A DNA stretch of 64,000 nt from an uncultured Elusimicrobia bacterium (GTDB lineage Bacteria; Elusimicrobiota; Elusimicrobia; UBA1565; UBA9628). This document shows, piece after piece, positions 6,956 through 16,500 of this stretch. The first letter of the stretch is position 1. The number at the start of each line of letters is the position of its first letter. The DNA lies in contig CBDIQC010000001.1 in NCBI GenBank assembly GCA_965283875.1, forward strand, positions 2,070,110 to 2,134,109, given 5' to 3'. Position numbers and translations under genes: made by a program. The notes beneath the pieces were generated by a model. That model saw nothing but the letters and a program-made list of their open reading frames with translations, was not told the DNA's origin and ran no database searches.

Positions 6956-8926
6956 ATGAGAACCCCTCTCTTCGTCCTCGTCTTTCTGATTAGCGGCGCG
7001 GTGTTACCGTGCCGCGCGGACGAGCCTCAACCTGTCGCCCCGCCCGCGCCGCCGGCTCCGTCGGTGCTCGTCTTGCCGACGACGGTGATACAGCCCGCCA
7101 GGCCCACCCGTAGCGTTATTCCCGTATCCGTCATGGTGGATCGCCTCCGCGACGCCGGCTGGCGGGTGTTCGTGGACGGCCACTTCGAACGCATCGACGG
7201 CCGGCTTCCGCACATACCGCACGAACTCATCGAGTTCACGCAGCTTGTCTGGAAGGATGGGGTCCTTTGTTATAAGGGGTCCTTCACGCCCGTCGAAGAC
7301 GACAAAGTCGGCCCCATCCTCGAGGGCCTGACGGTTTTCGCCAGCGCGATGCGCGAAGACGTCGCGGCGGTCGGACGCGTGCTCGCCGCCTGGGGCATCC
7401 CGCAGGTTTACGACGGCCGCCGCCTCATCGAGCCCGACGGCACCGCGAGTTATTTCGGTCTCATGCTGCACCAGGTTTATCAATCGAATCCCGGCGCGCT
7501 GGCGCGTCTGGGCGGGGAGCGGTTCTCCCAAGCCTTGGATTTGTACGAATCCGCTTACGCCCAAGTGGCCGTCCATCAGTCGCCCGACATCGCCCAGGCC
7601 GACATCGCGCGCGCCGCCGCGCTGCTCACAGGCAACGTGCGCGTCGGCGAGACGACGTTGCATCTGCGACCGTACGCGGAGCCGGGCGCCGCCCTCGCCG
7701 GCTACCGTGCTCAGCTCGAACGCGAGGTCGCCGCCGCGACCGCGGCGGGCGACACCGGGGTCCGGCACCGCGAAGCGACGGCGTCGCTGGCCGCGCTCAA
7801 CGCCTTGGAGCGGCAGCGTGAGACCTTGTCATTGCCCGAGGTGCCGAGTCCGGGCACGCCGCCGGTAACCGAGTCGCCGCAACCGTCGCCCGCAGGAGAA
7901 AGCGCGCTGGCGCCGCCTCCCGCCCTCATGCGGGCGCTGCCGACGGTCCTGCGCGTGCTCGACCGCATCAACGGCACCCCGCTCACCACCGAGCAGCAGG
8001 AAACCCTCATCAAATCCTTCCCCATGGGCGAGACCGTTTGGCGCCTGGGCGTGCAGGAGTTGTGGCGCCAGGGGCTGACCGGGCGCGGCGTGCGGGTGGC
8101 CGTCGTGGACACGGGCATCGCGCCGCACCCCGAACTCGACGGCGCGGTCGTCAGTCGCGAGAACTTCACCCGTCAACGCGGCGGCGGGACGGCCGGCCGC
8201 CATGGCACCCACGTCGCCGGCGTCATCGCCACCATCGCGCCGGAGGCCGAAATCCGCAGCTACGTGGCGCTCGCGGGCGGAAATCCGCGTCAAGATGAGC
8301 CGCAAAACGACTCGCAGATCATCGCGGCCATCACCGCGGCCGTGAGGGACGGCAACCGCATCATCAACCTCAGCCTCGGCGGACGCGGCCATCCCAGCAC
8401 CGAGTTCACCCGCGTCGTCAACGAGTTCACCGCGCGCGGCGTGGTCTTCGTCGTCGCGGCCGGCAACGACGGCGACGGCGCCGGCGGCGTCGGCGAGCCC
8501 GCCACCGCGCGCGACGTCATACGCGTGGCGAACCTCGACGTGACGGGCAACATGGCGTTGAGCAGTTCTCGCGGAGTGAACTGGGACCCGGTACGTCGCG
8601 CGTTCGCTCCGCTCCCGCTCGTCGCCGCCCCCGGGACGAACATCTACTCGACCGTGCCCGGGGGGTATGAAACGTTGTCCGGCACGTCGATGGCCACGCC
8701 GTCAGTCGCCGGCGTGTCGGCGTTGTTGTGGCAGGAAGTCAATCGAGGCGTGGGCCTCGACCCGGTCACCGCGGCTGGACGCGTGCGCGACGCCATATCA
8801 CGCGGGCAGGCCATGGCGCTCAACCGCCTGCCGCAGGGCTACCAGCTCGACCAGCCCGTCATCGTCGTGGATCCGCTCGCCGCCTACAACGCGGCGGTCG
8901 CCGCGGGCTCCGTGGGAGCGCGCTGA
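6956..8926 (+). CDS. Secreted S8 (subtilisin-family) serine protease with a long N-terminal extension
   Basis: Signal peptide. Catalytic triad contexts VAVVDTGI (Asp), HGTHVAGVIA (His), SGTSMATPSVAG (Ser). Confidence 0.9.
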   Translation: MRTPLFVLVFLISGAVLPCRADEPQPVAPPAPPAPSVLVLPTTVIQPARPTRSVIPVSVMVDRLRDAGWRVFVDGHFERIDGRLPHIPHELIEFTQLVWKDGVLCYKGSFTPVEDDKVGPILEGLTVFASAMREDVAAVGRVLAAWGIPQVYDGRRLIEPDGTASYFGLMLHQVYQSNPGALARLGGERFSQALDLYESAYAQVAVHQSPDIAQADIARAAALLTGNVRVGETTLHLRPYAEPGAALAGYRAQLEREVAAATAAGDTGVRHREATASLAALNALERQRETLSLPEVPSPGTPPVTESPQPSPAGESALAPPPALMRALPTVLRVLDRINGTPLTTEQQETLIKSFPMGETVWRLGVQELWRQGLTGRGVRVAVVDTGIAPHPELDGAVVSRENFTRQRGGGTAGRHGTHVAGVIATIAPEAEIRSYVALAGGNPRQDEPQNDSQIIAAITAAVRDGNRIINLSLGGRGHPSTEFTRVVNEFTARGVVFVVAAGNDGDGAGGVGEPATARDVIRVANLDVTGNMALSSSRGVNWDPVRRAFAPLPLVAAPGTNIYSTVPGGYETLSGTSMATPSVAGVSALLWQEVNRGVGLDPVTAAGRVRDAISRGQAMALNRLPQGYQLDQPVIVVDPLAAYNAAVAAGSVGAR

Positions 8927-8935
8927 GCCGACGCC

Positions 8936-10234
8936 GTGATGAACGAGCTGCTTCTCGTGGCCGTCATGTTGTCGGGCCCGGTCGCGGCGCAGGATGTTTT
9001 CACCGAGGCTTGCGAGAACGAGCTGCGCTTGTTGTGCCCGGATGAACGCGGCGAGGCCGCGCGCCGCTGCCTGCTCGAGGACGGCGAATCGCTCACGGTA
9101 GGCTGCCGTTCCGCGCTCGGCCAGGCGGCGCGCGCGGAGGACTTCACCGGACCGCGCCGCGAAGCGCGGCTGCTCGGCCTCAAGGGCCCGGTTTATCTGC
9201 ACGTCGCCGGCCGCCCGGAAGGCGAATACGTCGAAGCGTCCTCGGGCACGCCGCTGGCCGAAGGCGACTGGGTGCGGGTGGGCGCGGGCGCGTCGGCGGA
9301 GCTGTCCATCGACGGTGACACGCACGTGGCGCTGTCTTCGGGCAGCGACCTGGGCGTGACCTCGCTCGCCGCGGCCGGGCTCGAATTGCGCCTGGCGCTG
9401 GGGTCGCTGGCGGCCAAGGTGCGCAAGCTCGCGACCGGGCAGAACTTCCGCGTGCGCACGCCCACCGTCGTCGCCGCGGTGCGCGGCACCGAGTTCATCG
9501 TGGAGGAGGACGCCGACGGCGGCGCCGGGCGCGTGGGCGTCGTGGATGAAGGCCGCGTCGAGGTCAGCTCCGAGGAAGGCGGCGAGCCCGTGTTCCTCGA
9601 ACGCCGCCAGGAAACCGTCATCCGTCCCGGTCGGCCGCCCGAGGCGCCGCGCGCTCTCGAGGCGCTGCGCCGCCACGCCGACGGCTTCGCCGACGTGCGC
9701 CGCCACGCGGCCGAAACCGCGCGCGCCTGGAGGCCGATGCCGCCCGAGGCCCGCGCGTCGGCGCGCAACGCGCTCGCCCAGCGCCCGGCCGTGGGGCCCG
9801 GCGGCATGCGCGGCCTGGCGCCGGGGCAGCAGAACCGGCCTTCGCCGGGCAACGGCTTCCGAGACGGGCCAGGCGGCGGCGGACCGGGGCGCGGCCCCGG
9901 CAACGGCCCAGGGCGCGGCGACGGGCCCGGACGCGGGCCCGGCAACGGCCCAGGGCGCGGCGACGGGCCCGGACGCGGGCCTGGCAACGGCCCCGGACGC
10001 GGCGATGGGCCCGGACGCGGGCCTGGCAACGGCCCCGGACGAGGCGACGGCCCCGGGCGCGGCCCCGGCAACGGGCCGGGCCGAGGGCCCGGCGGACAAG
10101 ACCGTCAGGACCGCCAAGGCGGACCGGGACGTCAAGACGGGCAGGGCCCTCGTGGCGGTGGCCCCGGCGGCGGACCTGGCGGCGGCGGGCCCGGCGGTGG
10201 CGGGCCGGGCGGCGGAGGGCCGCCTCCTCGTTAA
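8936..10234 (+). CDS. FecR-domain protein with Cys-rich N-terminus and Gly/Pro/Arg repeat tail
   Basis: Signal peptide and CxxxxxxxC repeats (CENELRLLCPDERGEAARRC). FecR-like beta region (GDWVRVGAGASAELSIDGDTHVAL...VRTPTVVAAVRGTEFIV). The C-terminal 130 aa are low complexity. Confidence 0.75.
   Translation: MMNELLLVAVMLSGPVAAQDVFTEACENELRLLCPDERGEAARRCLLEDGESLTVGCRSALGQAARAEDFTGPRREARLLGLKGPVYLHVAGRPEGEYVEASSGTPLAEGDWVRVGAGASAELSIDGDTHVALSSGSDLGVTSLAAAGLELRLALGSLAAKVRKLATGQNFRVRTPTVVAAVRGTEFIVEEDADGGAGRVGVVDEGRVEVSSEEGGEPVFLERRQETVIRPGRPPEAPRALEALRRHADGFADVRRHAAETARAWRPMPPEARASARNALAQRPAVGPGGMRGLAPGQQNRPSPGNGFRDGPGGGGPGRGPGNGPGRGDGPGRGPGNGPGRGDGPGRGPGNGPGRGDGPGRGPGNGPGRGDGPGRGPGNGPGRGPGGQDRQDRQGGPGRQDGQGPRGGGPGGGPGGGGPGGGGPGGGGPPPR
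9881..10090 (+). repeat. In-frame 42-bp tandem repeat (4 full units plus a partial fifth) encoding GPGRGPGNGPGRGD
   Basis: Units start at 9881, 9923, 9965 and 10007 with a few synonymous or near-synonymous differences; a degenerate fifth unit starts at 10049. Confidence 0.9.
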
Positions 10235-11088
10235 GCCTGGATAGGCGCGACGTCGGGCGTGGCGTCGCGCCAGGCGGCGCCGAGGGACGCGGCGATGATG
10301 CAGGCGATCGCGGCCCATTGGCGTCCGGTGAGGCGTTCGCTGAGCAGGACGAAGCCCATCAGGGCGGCCAAGGCGGGCTCCAGGCTCATCATCACGCTGA
10401 AGGTCTGAGCCTTGAGGCGTTTGAGGGCCACCATCTCGAGCGAGTAGGGCAGCGCGCTCGACAGCACCGCGACCGCCAGGCCTAAAGCGAGCACCCGCGG
10501 CTCGAGCAAGGCCGCGCCCGCCTTCCAGGCGCCCAGCGGCGCGCCCACGAGCGCCGCCATGGCCATGCCCAGCGCCGTGGCCATGCCGCCCGGCGCTAGG
10601 CGCCCCGCGCGCTGCCCGTAAACGATGTACGCCGCCCAGCAGGCCGCGGCGACGAGCACGAAAAACAGGCCGACGGGGTCCAGCGGCGCGTCGGAGGCCA
10701 GCGGCAGGATCAGCACGATGCCCGTCACGGCGAGCGCGGCCCAGAGCAGGTCCAGGCCCCGGCGCGAGGCGTATAAGGCGACCGCCAGCGGCCCGGTGAA
10801 CTCGATGGCGACGGTCAAGCCCAGGGGCAGCCGTTCGAGCGCGAGGTAGAAGGTGAGGTTCATCAGGCCGAGGGCGGCGCCGTACAGCGCCACGGCCTTC
10901 CACGCCGCGCGGTCGAGGCGCGCGCGCCAGGGCCGCCACACCGCGGCCAGGATGAGCGCCGCCAGGACCAGCCGGAGCGTGGTGATGCCTTCGGGGCCCG
11001 CCAGCGGGAACAGGCGTTTGGCCAGCGACGCGCCGGCCTGGATGGACGTCATCGCCGCGACGAGCCCGAGCAGGGGAAGGAAAGCCAC
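10231..11088 (-). CDS. rhtA: EamA/DMT-family threonine/homoserine exporter RhtA-like
   Basis: Near-colinear with E. coli RhtA as I recall it: SIQAGASLAKRLFPL, LRL.L..LIL, ALEFTGPLAVAL..SRR, ALPYSLEMVAL.RL, MSLEPALAA. Confidence 0.85.
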   Translation of the reverse strand: MAFLPLLGLVAAMTSIQAGASLAKRLFPLAGPEGITTLRLVLAALILAAVWRPWRARLDRAAWKAVALYGAALGLMNLTFYLALERLPLGLTVAIEFTGPLAVALYASRRGLDLLWAALAVTGIVLILPLASDAPLDPVGLFFVLVAAACWAAYIVYGQRAGRLAPGGMATALGMAMAALVGAPLGAWKAGAALLEPRVLALGLAVAVLSSALPYSLEMVALKRLKAQTFSVMMSLEPALAALMGFVLLSERLTGRQWAAIACIIAASLGAAWRDATPDVAPIQA

Positions 11089-11089
11089 G

Positions 11090-11559
11090 TCAGCGCGCCG
11101 CGAGGCGTTTTTGCACGAAGCGGATGGCGTCGCGCGCGGATTCGCGAATTTCGGCGGTCAGGTGGCCGCCGGCCAGGTCGGCTTCGCCGTGCCAGCGCAG
11201 CTCGTCGCTTTCGTGGTTGATGAGCTCGACGGAGCCCGGGCGCGCGGCGGTGAAATACACGAGGTCCACGTGGTGGTCGTGGTTCGGGATGGCCTCGACC
11301 TGCACGCGTTGGGGCTCGTGCAGCGAGACGACGCGTTCGTCGTCCATCACCGAAGGGCGCGGGGCGCCTGGACGAAGTCGATCTCGATGCCGGTCTCCTC
11401 GTCGCACCTCGCGGCGCACGGCACTGCGTCGGGCGTCTCGCCGGGCTCGACGTTGCCGCCGGGCGGCAGCCACAGGCCGAGCTTCTTGTGTTTGAGCAAG
11501 AGGGTCTTGTCCCCGCGCACCACGTAGGCCGTGGCGACCAGGCAGTAGCGGCGGCTCAT
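11090..11559 (-). pseudogene. NUDIX hydrolase split by a frameshift near 11347-11375
   Basis: The N-terminal fragment (ORF 11347..11559) carries the Nudix box GGNVEPGETPDAVPCAARCDEETGI. The C-terminal continuation (MDDERVVSLHEP...HVDLVYF...) is in another frame (ORF 11090..11473). The switch lies in a gcgccccgcgccc run. Confidence 0.65.
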
Positions 11560-12020
11560 TGCTGCTGGTGGGCGGTCTCGAATTTGCGGCGGTCGGCGAT
11601 GCGTTTCATCTCCGCGGCGGCGCCGGGATTCTCCGCCAGGACGAAGGCGAAGTCCGACGCGACGAGGGTGAACAGCAGCGTTTTCTCCGCGCAGCGCACG
11701 GTGGCCGTGCGCGGGGCGTCCGAGATGAGGGCGATCTCGCCGAAAAAGGTGCCCGCGCCCAAAGACGCGATGGTTTTGGTGGACCAGCCGAGGAAGCCCG
11801 ACTTGATGCCCACGTCCACCTTGCCCTGGTAAACGATGTGGAAGGCGTCGCCTTTCTGGCCCTGCTTGAAGACGACCTCGCCCGGGCCGTATTCGTAGAG
11901 CAGGACGGCGGGCAGGACCTTCTCGAGCTGGCCGACGGTCAGCGGGGTGAAGAACTCCACCTTGCGCATCATCCCGGCCAACACGCCGAGCTCGGAGGCG
12001 CCGATATCGAGTCGCTTCAT
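11556..12020 (-). CDS. Cyclic-nucleotide-binding domain protein
   Basis: FFGEIALISDAPRTATVRCAEKTLLFTL is the cNMP-binding signature. Its stop overlaps the Nudix ATG (ATGA). Confidence 0.8.
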   Translation of the reverse strand: MKRLDIGASELGVLAGMMRKVEFFTPLTVGQLEKVLPAVLLYEYGPGEVVFKQGQKGDAFHIVYQGKVDVGIKSGFLGWSTKTIASLGAGTFFGEIALISDAPRTATVRCAEKTLLFTLVASDFAFVLAENPGAAAEMKRIADRRKFETAHQQQ

Positions 12021-12053
12021 GGGTGTAACTGTACGCGATTTGCGCGCGAGGCG

Positions 12054-12749
12054 CTAGGGCGTAACGGTCACAACGTCGCCGAGCCGCAACAGGGCGTCGG
12101 CCCGCGCGGCCCCGTACACGCCGAGGGCGCCGCCTTCCTTCACCACGGCGGGCAACACGCCGCGGGCCTCGTCGAGGCCGGGCTGGGGCAAGGTGGTCAT
12201 GACGCAGCGTTTGGTGGCCTTGGCCACCTCGATGCGCGCGGCGCCGACGCAGACGTCGCGCCCGACCCAGGCGAGCTCGGGAAAGCCGTCGCCGGAGACG
12301 GCGACGAGCACGTTCGGACGGAAGCGGCGGCGGTCGAAATTATCGGGATAGGCGGCGCTCAGGGAGCGCAGGGACGCGTCGGTGACGAGGTGCAACGGCC
12401 TGTCATCGAAGTGCTCTCCGGGCGCGAGCGCCGGCGCGCAATCAACACCGAGAAAAAGCGACAAAACCCGCGCCGCTTCGGGAGCGTCGGTCCTCAGCGA
12501 CGTGCCGTCCGGCAAGGTCATCTCGGCCGGGGGGACCGCCGTCGCCGTCGGCTCGCCGAGGTAGCGCGCCCGGCACAACATCAGCTTGGCGTGGCGTTTG
12601 CCGCTCAGGGGTTTTCCGGTCGCGCGGTCCACGAGCGCCCAGGCGCGGTCGCCGGGGATGCCGCGCGGGGTCACCGCGGCGGCGTCGAGGCGGCCGCCGT
12701 CCATGGATTTGACCGGGTAGCGCCACAGCTCCGCGACCGTCGCGTTCAT
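12054..12749 (-). CDS. MOSC-domain protein
   Basis: Internal ATG at 12749 overlaps the upstream stop (ATGA). ELWRYPVKSMDG...GIPGDRAWALVD...RFRPNVLV...RCVMTT are the MOSC_N/MOSC motifs. Confidence 0.8.
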   Translation of the reverse strand: MNATVAELWRYPVKSMDGGRLDAAAVTPRGIPGDRAWALVDRATGKPLSGKRHAKLMLCRARYLGEPTATAVPPAEMTLPDGTSLRTDAPEAARVLSLFLGVDCAPALAPGEHFDDRPLHLVTDASLRSLSAAYPDNFDRRRFRPNVLVAVSGDGFPELAWVGRDVCVGAARIEVAKATKRCVMTTLPQPGLDEARGVLPAVVKEGGALGVYGAARADALLRLGDVVTVTP

Positions 12750-13540
12750 TTGAGCTCGGCGGCGAAGGCGAGGATGACCGAGGCCAGCTCGGCGGGTTTG
12801 TCGAGCGGGACGTGGTGATGGGCGCCCGCGACCACGGCCGCGCGCCCGTCGGGCAAGGCCGACGCCATCTTCTCGAGGTCGGCGTCGCTGACGATGGTGG
12901 ACAGCTCCCCGCGCACGAGCAAGGACCGCACGGGGATGCGCGGCAGCTGCGGCCACACCGGCCCGTAGGGGAAGGTGAAGGCGCGCCAGTCGAACTTCCA
13001 GGTCCAGGCGTTGTCGGCGCGCCGCAGGGATTTGCGGCCCAGCGCGCTCAGCTCGTCGCGCGTGAGCAAGGTTCCGGGGGGCTGGAGGCGGTATTTCTCG
13101 GCCATCGGTCCCGGGTCGTCGTAAACGGGCTGGGGGCGCGTGCGCGTGCGCTCGTGTTTGCGCGAGCCGGAGTCGTAGAAGTCGGGCAGGAAGTCCACGC
13201 CGACCACGCCTTTGAGGCGCGCCGGGCGGCTCTCCGCGAAATCGAGCGCGATGCGCGCGCCCATGCTGTGGCCGACGAGCACGAAACGCTCCCAGCCCAT
13301 GGCGTCGGCCGCGGCCGCGATGTCGGCCGTCCAGGTCTCGCTCGTGTAGGCGCCGTCGGCGGCCCAGTCGCTGTCGCCGTGGCCGCGGAAATCCATGGCC
13401 ACCGTGTGGCAGCCCGCCAGGTGCGGCACGACGCCGTCCCACCAATGCGAATGCGCGGCCATGCCGTGCGTCAGGAGCACCGGGATGCCCGAGCCGCCGT
13501 GGTCCACGAGATGGACCGGCCCGGCGCGCCGCGGCTTCAT
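12746..13540 (-). CDS. Alpha/beta-fold hydrolase
   Basis: PVLLTHGM..HSHWW, DFRGHGDSDW, nucleophile elbow GHSMGA, C-terminal AGHHVPLD. Confidence 0.85.
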   Translation of the reverse strand: MKPRRAGPVHLVDHGGSGIPVLLTHGMAAHSHWWDGVVPHLAGCHTVAMDFRGHGDSDWAADGAYTSETWTADIAAAADAMGWERFVLVGHSMGARIALDFAESRPARLKGVVGVDFLPDFYDSGSRKHERTRTRPQPVYDDPGPMAEKYRLQPPGTLLTRDELSALGRKSLRRADNAWTWKFDWRAFTFPYGPVWPQLPRIPVRSLLVRGELSTIVSDADLEKMASALPDGRAAVVAGAHHHVPLDKPAELASVILAFAAELK

Positions 13541-16500
13541 CGCTTCGCGGCGGTGAAGCGCCCGGCCACGGGGTCGTAGTCCACGACGGCGGCGTCGCCT
13601 TCGTTGATGGCGCCGTCGAGGATGGCGTCGGTGAGCGCGTCGGCCACGCGGCGGTTGACCAGCTGCTTGATGGGCCGCGCGCCGTAGGCGCGGTTCTCCT
13701 CGGATCCCGCCAGGGCGAGGAGCTGCTGCTTGGCGCGCTGCGTGACGGACACCGTCAGGCGTTTGGCCTTCAGGCCTTCCATGCCTTCGAGGTCCTTGAT
13801 GCGCATGTCCAGGATGGGGCCCATGTGCTCGTCGCGCAGCTCGTTGAAGACCACCACGCCGTCCTCGCCGATGCGGTTGATGAACTCGGGACGGTATTTG
13901 GCCTTCAGCGCGGCGACGTAGCGCGACCGGCGGGCCTTGGGGTCCTCCGGCGCCTTCGGGTCGCGGATGTGGGCGTTGAAGCCGATGCGCGGCCGGTCAT
14001 CGTTATCCACGCCGGCGTTGCCGCCCGAGAGCGAGCCGCCGAGGTTGGACGTCATCATGATGATGGTGTTGGAGAAGTCCACCGTGCGGCCCTGGCCGTC
14101 GGTGAGGCGGCCGTCCTCGAGGACCTGCAGCAGCACGTCGAGCACTTCGGGCGCGGCCTTCTCGATCTCGTCGAAGAGGATGACGGTGTAGGGGTTGCGG
14201 CGCACCGCCTCGGTAAGTTGCCCGGCCTGGTCGTAGCCCACGTAGCCGGGAGGCGCGCCGATGAGGCGGCCCACCGCGTGTTTCTCCATGTATTCGGACA
14301 TGTCGATGCGCACCATGGCCTTCTCGGAGCCGAACACCTTCAGCGCGGTGGCGCGCGCCAGCTCGGTTTTGCCGACGCCGGTGGGGCCCATGAACAGGTA
14401 GGACGCGATGGGCTGCTTGGGATCGCGCAGGCCGGCGCGGCCGCGCTTGACGCCGGCGGCCACGGCCTCGACGGCCTCGTCCTGGCCGACGACGCGGCTG
14501 CGCAGCTGGTTGGGGAGGTCCTTGATCTTCACGCGGTCGTCGGCGCCGATGTCGCCGGCGGGGATGCCGGTGCGCGACTCGACCTCGGCGGCCAGATCGG
14601 CAACGGTCGGCACGACGACGACGGGGCGGCCGTCGGCCTCGGCGTCGGCGGCCCAGGAGCTCGACCTCGGCGGACGCGTCGTCCATCAGGTCGAGGGCGG
14701 AGTCGGGGAGCCGGCGGGCCTTGATGTAGCGCGACGCGAGCTCGACGGCTTTGACGACGACGTCGGAGCCGATGGAGACGCCGTGTTTCTCCTCGTAGAT
14801 GGGCTTGAGGCCCTCGAGGATGGCCACGGCCTCCTCCGGGGTCGGGGCGTCGAGCTTGATGGGCTGGAAGCGGCGCTCGAGCGCGCCGTTTTTCTCGATG
14901 CGGCGAAGCTCCTCGGAGGTGGTCGCGCCGATGATGGCGATGGAGCCGTCCGACAGCGCCTCCTTGAGGATGTTGGCCGCGTCCATCGCGCCTTCGGCCG
15001 AGCCCGCGCCGACCAGCTTGTGGATCTCGTCGATGAAGAGGATGACGCGGCCCTCGGACTTGCGGGCCTCGTCGATGACGCCCTGCATGCGTTTCTCGAA
15101 CTCGCCGCGGCTCGACGTGCCGGCCACCAGCGCGTTGAGGTCCAGGCGCACGATGTTTTTGCCCGCGAGCAGGGGCGCCTCGCCCGAGACGATGAGGCGC
15201 GCCAGGCCCTCGACGAGGGCGGTCTTGCCCACGCCGGGCTCGCCGTGGATGAGCGGGTTGCTCTTCTGCAGGCGCAGCAGGACTTTGACGACCTTGCGCA
15301 CGTCGGCGGCGCGGCCGATGAGCGGGCGCAGCTTCTCCGCGGCGGCCAGGCGCGTCAAGTCCACGCCGTATTTCGCGAGGGTGGGGTAGTCGGCGGGCGA
15401 AAGCCCGGTCACGCCGCCCGCGTTCTCCGGGAAAACCTCGGCTCCGTCGCGCGCGGCGGACGGCGCGCCCGCCTGGGCCTGGGCCTCGAAGAAGGCGCGG
15501 GTGAGCTTGATGCCCGGGCCGGCGCCTTCACCGCGGCGGTCGAGCGACTCGCGGAAGGCGCCGAGCGTGAGCTCCGCGCGGATCATCGCGGCCATGCCGT
15601 GCGGCACGGTGAAGCGGCGGTCCGTGGAGAAGTAGGCGCTTTGCAGCCAGGCCAGGCCTTCGCGCGCGCGGTCCACGCGGCGCTGGAGCTCCTCGGGGGA
15701 CTGGTGCACGTAGTCGCGTTTGCCGGCCAGGCCTTCGAGCGCGGCCTTCTCGGAGGCGCGCAGGGCTTCGGCGGCGATCTCGAGGAAGCCGTTGGCCTGC
15801 AAGGCGCCGACGAGCTCGCGCGCGCGGCCCACGGCGGCGTCTCCGCGAGGGCCCGCGGCGTAGAGCTTCTTGGCGTCCTCGTAACGCACGACGGCCTTCA
15901 GGTGATCGTGCGCGTCGGGCGAGCTCAGCAGGCGGGTCGCCTCGACCGCGGCCTCGTGGGCGGGGCGCAGGCGCTCGTCGGCGGCGTCGCCGGCGCGCGC
16001 CGCGCGCACGGGAAGGTCGGACAGGATGACCACGCCGTTGTGGAGGAGGGCGAGCCAGCCCCAGCGCGCGAGCTCGGTCATGGCGTCGCCGGCGCGCGTC
16101 GGGGAGTAGCCGAGCTCCTCGGCGGCGGCTTTGACGACCGAGGCGCTCACGCGCTGCCCTGCTTCGACGCGGCGGAAAAGCTGGGAGCCGAAGGCCGCGG
16201 CGGCGTCGGCGTCGCCGCGCGTGCCGGGCTGCGGACGCGCGAAGTTCTGCAGGCCGGTGACGGCGGGATGGTTCTCGAGGTAGTCGAGCAGCGAGATGTA
16301 GCCTTCCACCGCCGCGTCGTCGGAGACGGGTTTGCCCTGCTCGTCCTGGGGGTTGAGGGTGTCGAGCACGCCTTTGAGCTTGGCGTGCACGGACTTGGGC
16401 ATGGTGAGGGGGAAGCCGGCCTCGCGCACCGCGTCGCCCAGCCAGGTCAGGCCGTCGTTGACGTCCACGAGCCGCCGCCACAACGCGGCGGAGCCGCGGG

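Noticed and set aside
9881-10048. The four RGD tripeptides in the repeat tail as integrin-type adhesion motifs
   Set aside because: RGD arises automatically from the Gly/Arg/Asp-rich repeat unit. There is no host-association context, so the coincidence is too cheap to count as evidence.
5785-10090. A CRISPR array: the 53-bp and 42-bp repeats were checked
   Set aside because: Both are head-to-tail tandem repeats with no unique spacers. The 42-bp array is in-frame coding sequence, and no cas genes are present.
8798-10939. The 713-aa minus-strand ORF overlapping the S8 protease end, the FecR-domain gene and rhtA
   Set aside because: It has an extreme Arg/Pro/Gly/Ala composition and no motif. 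It overlaps three genes that have clear family signatures.
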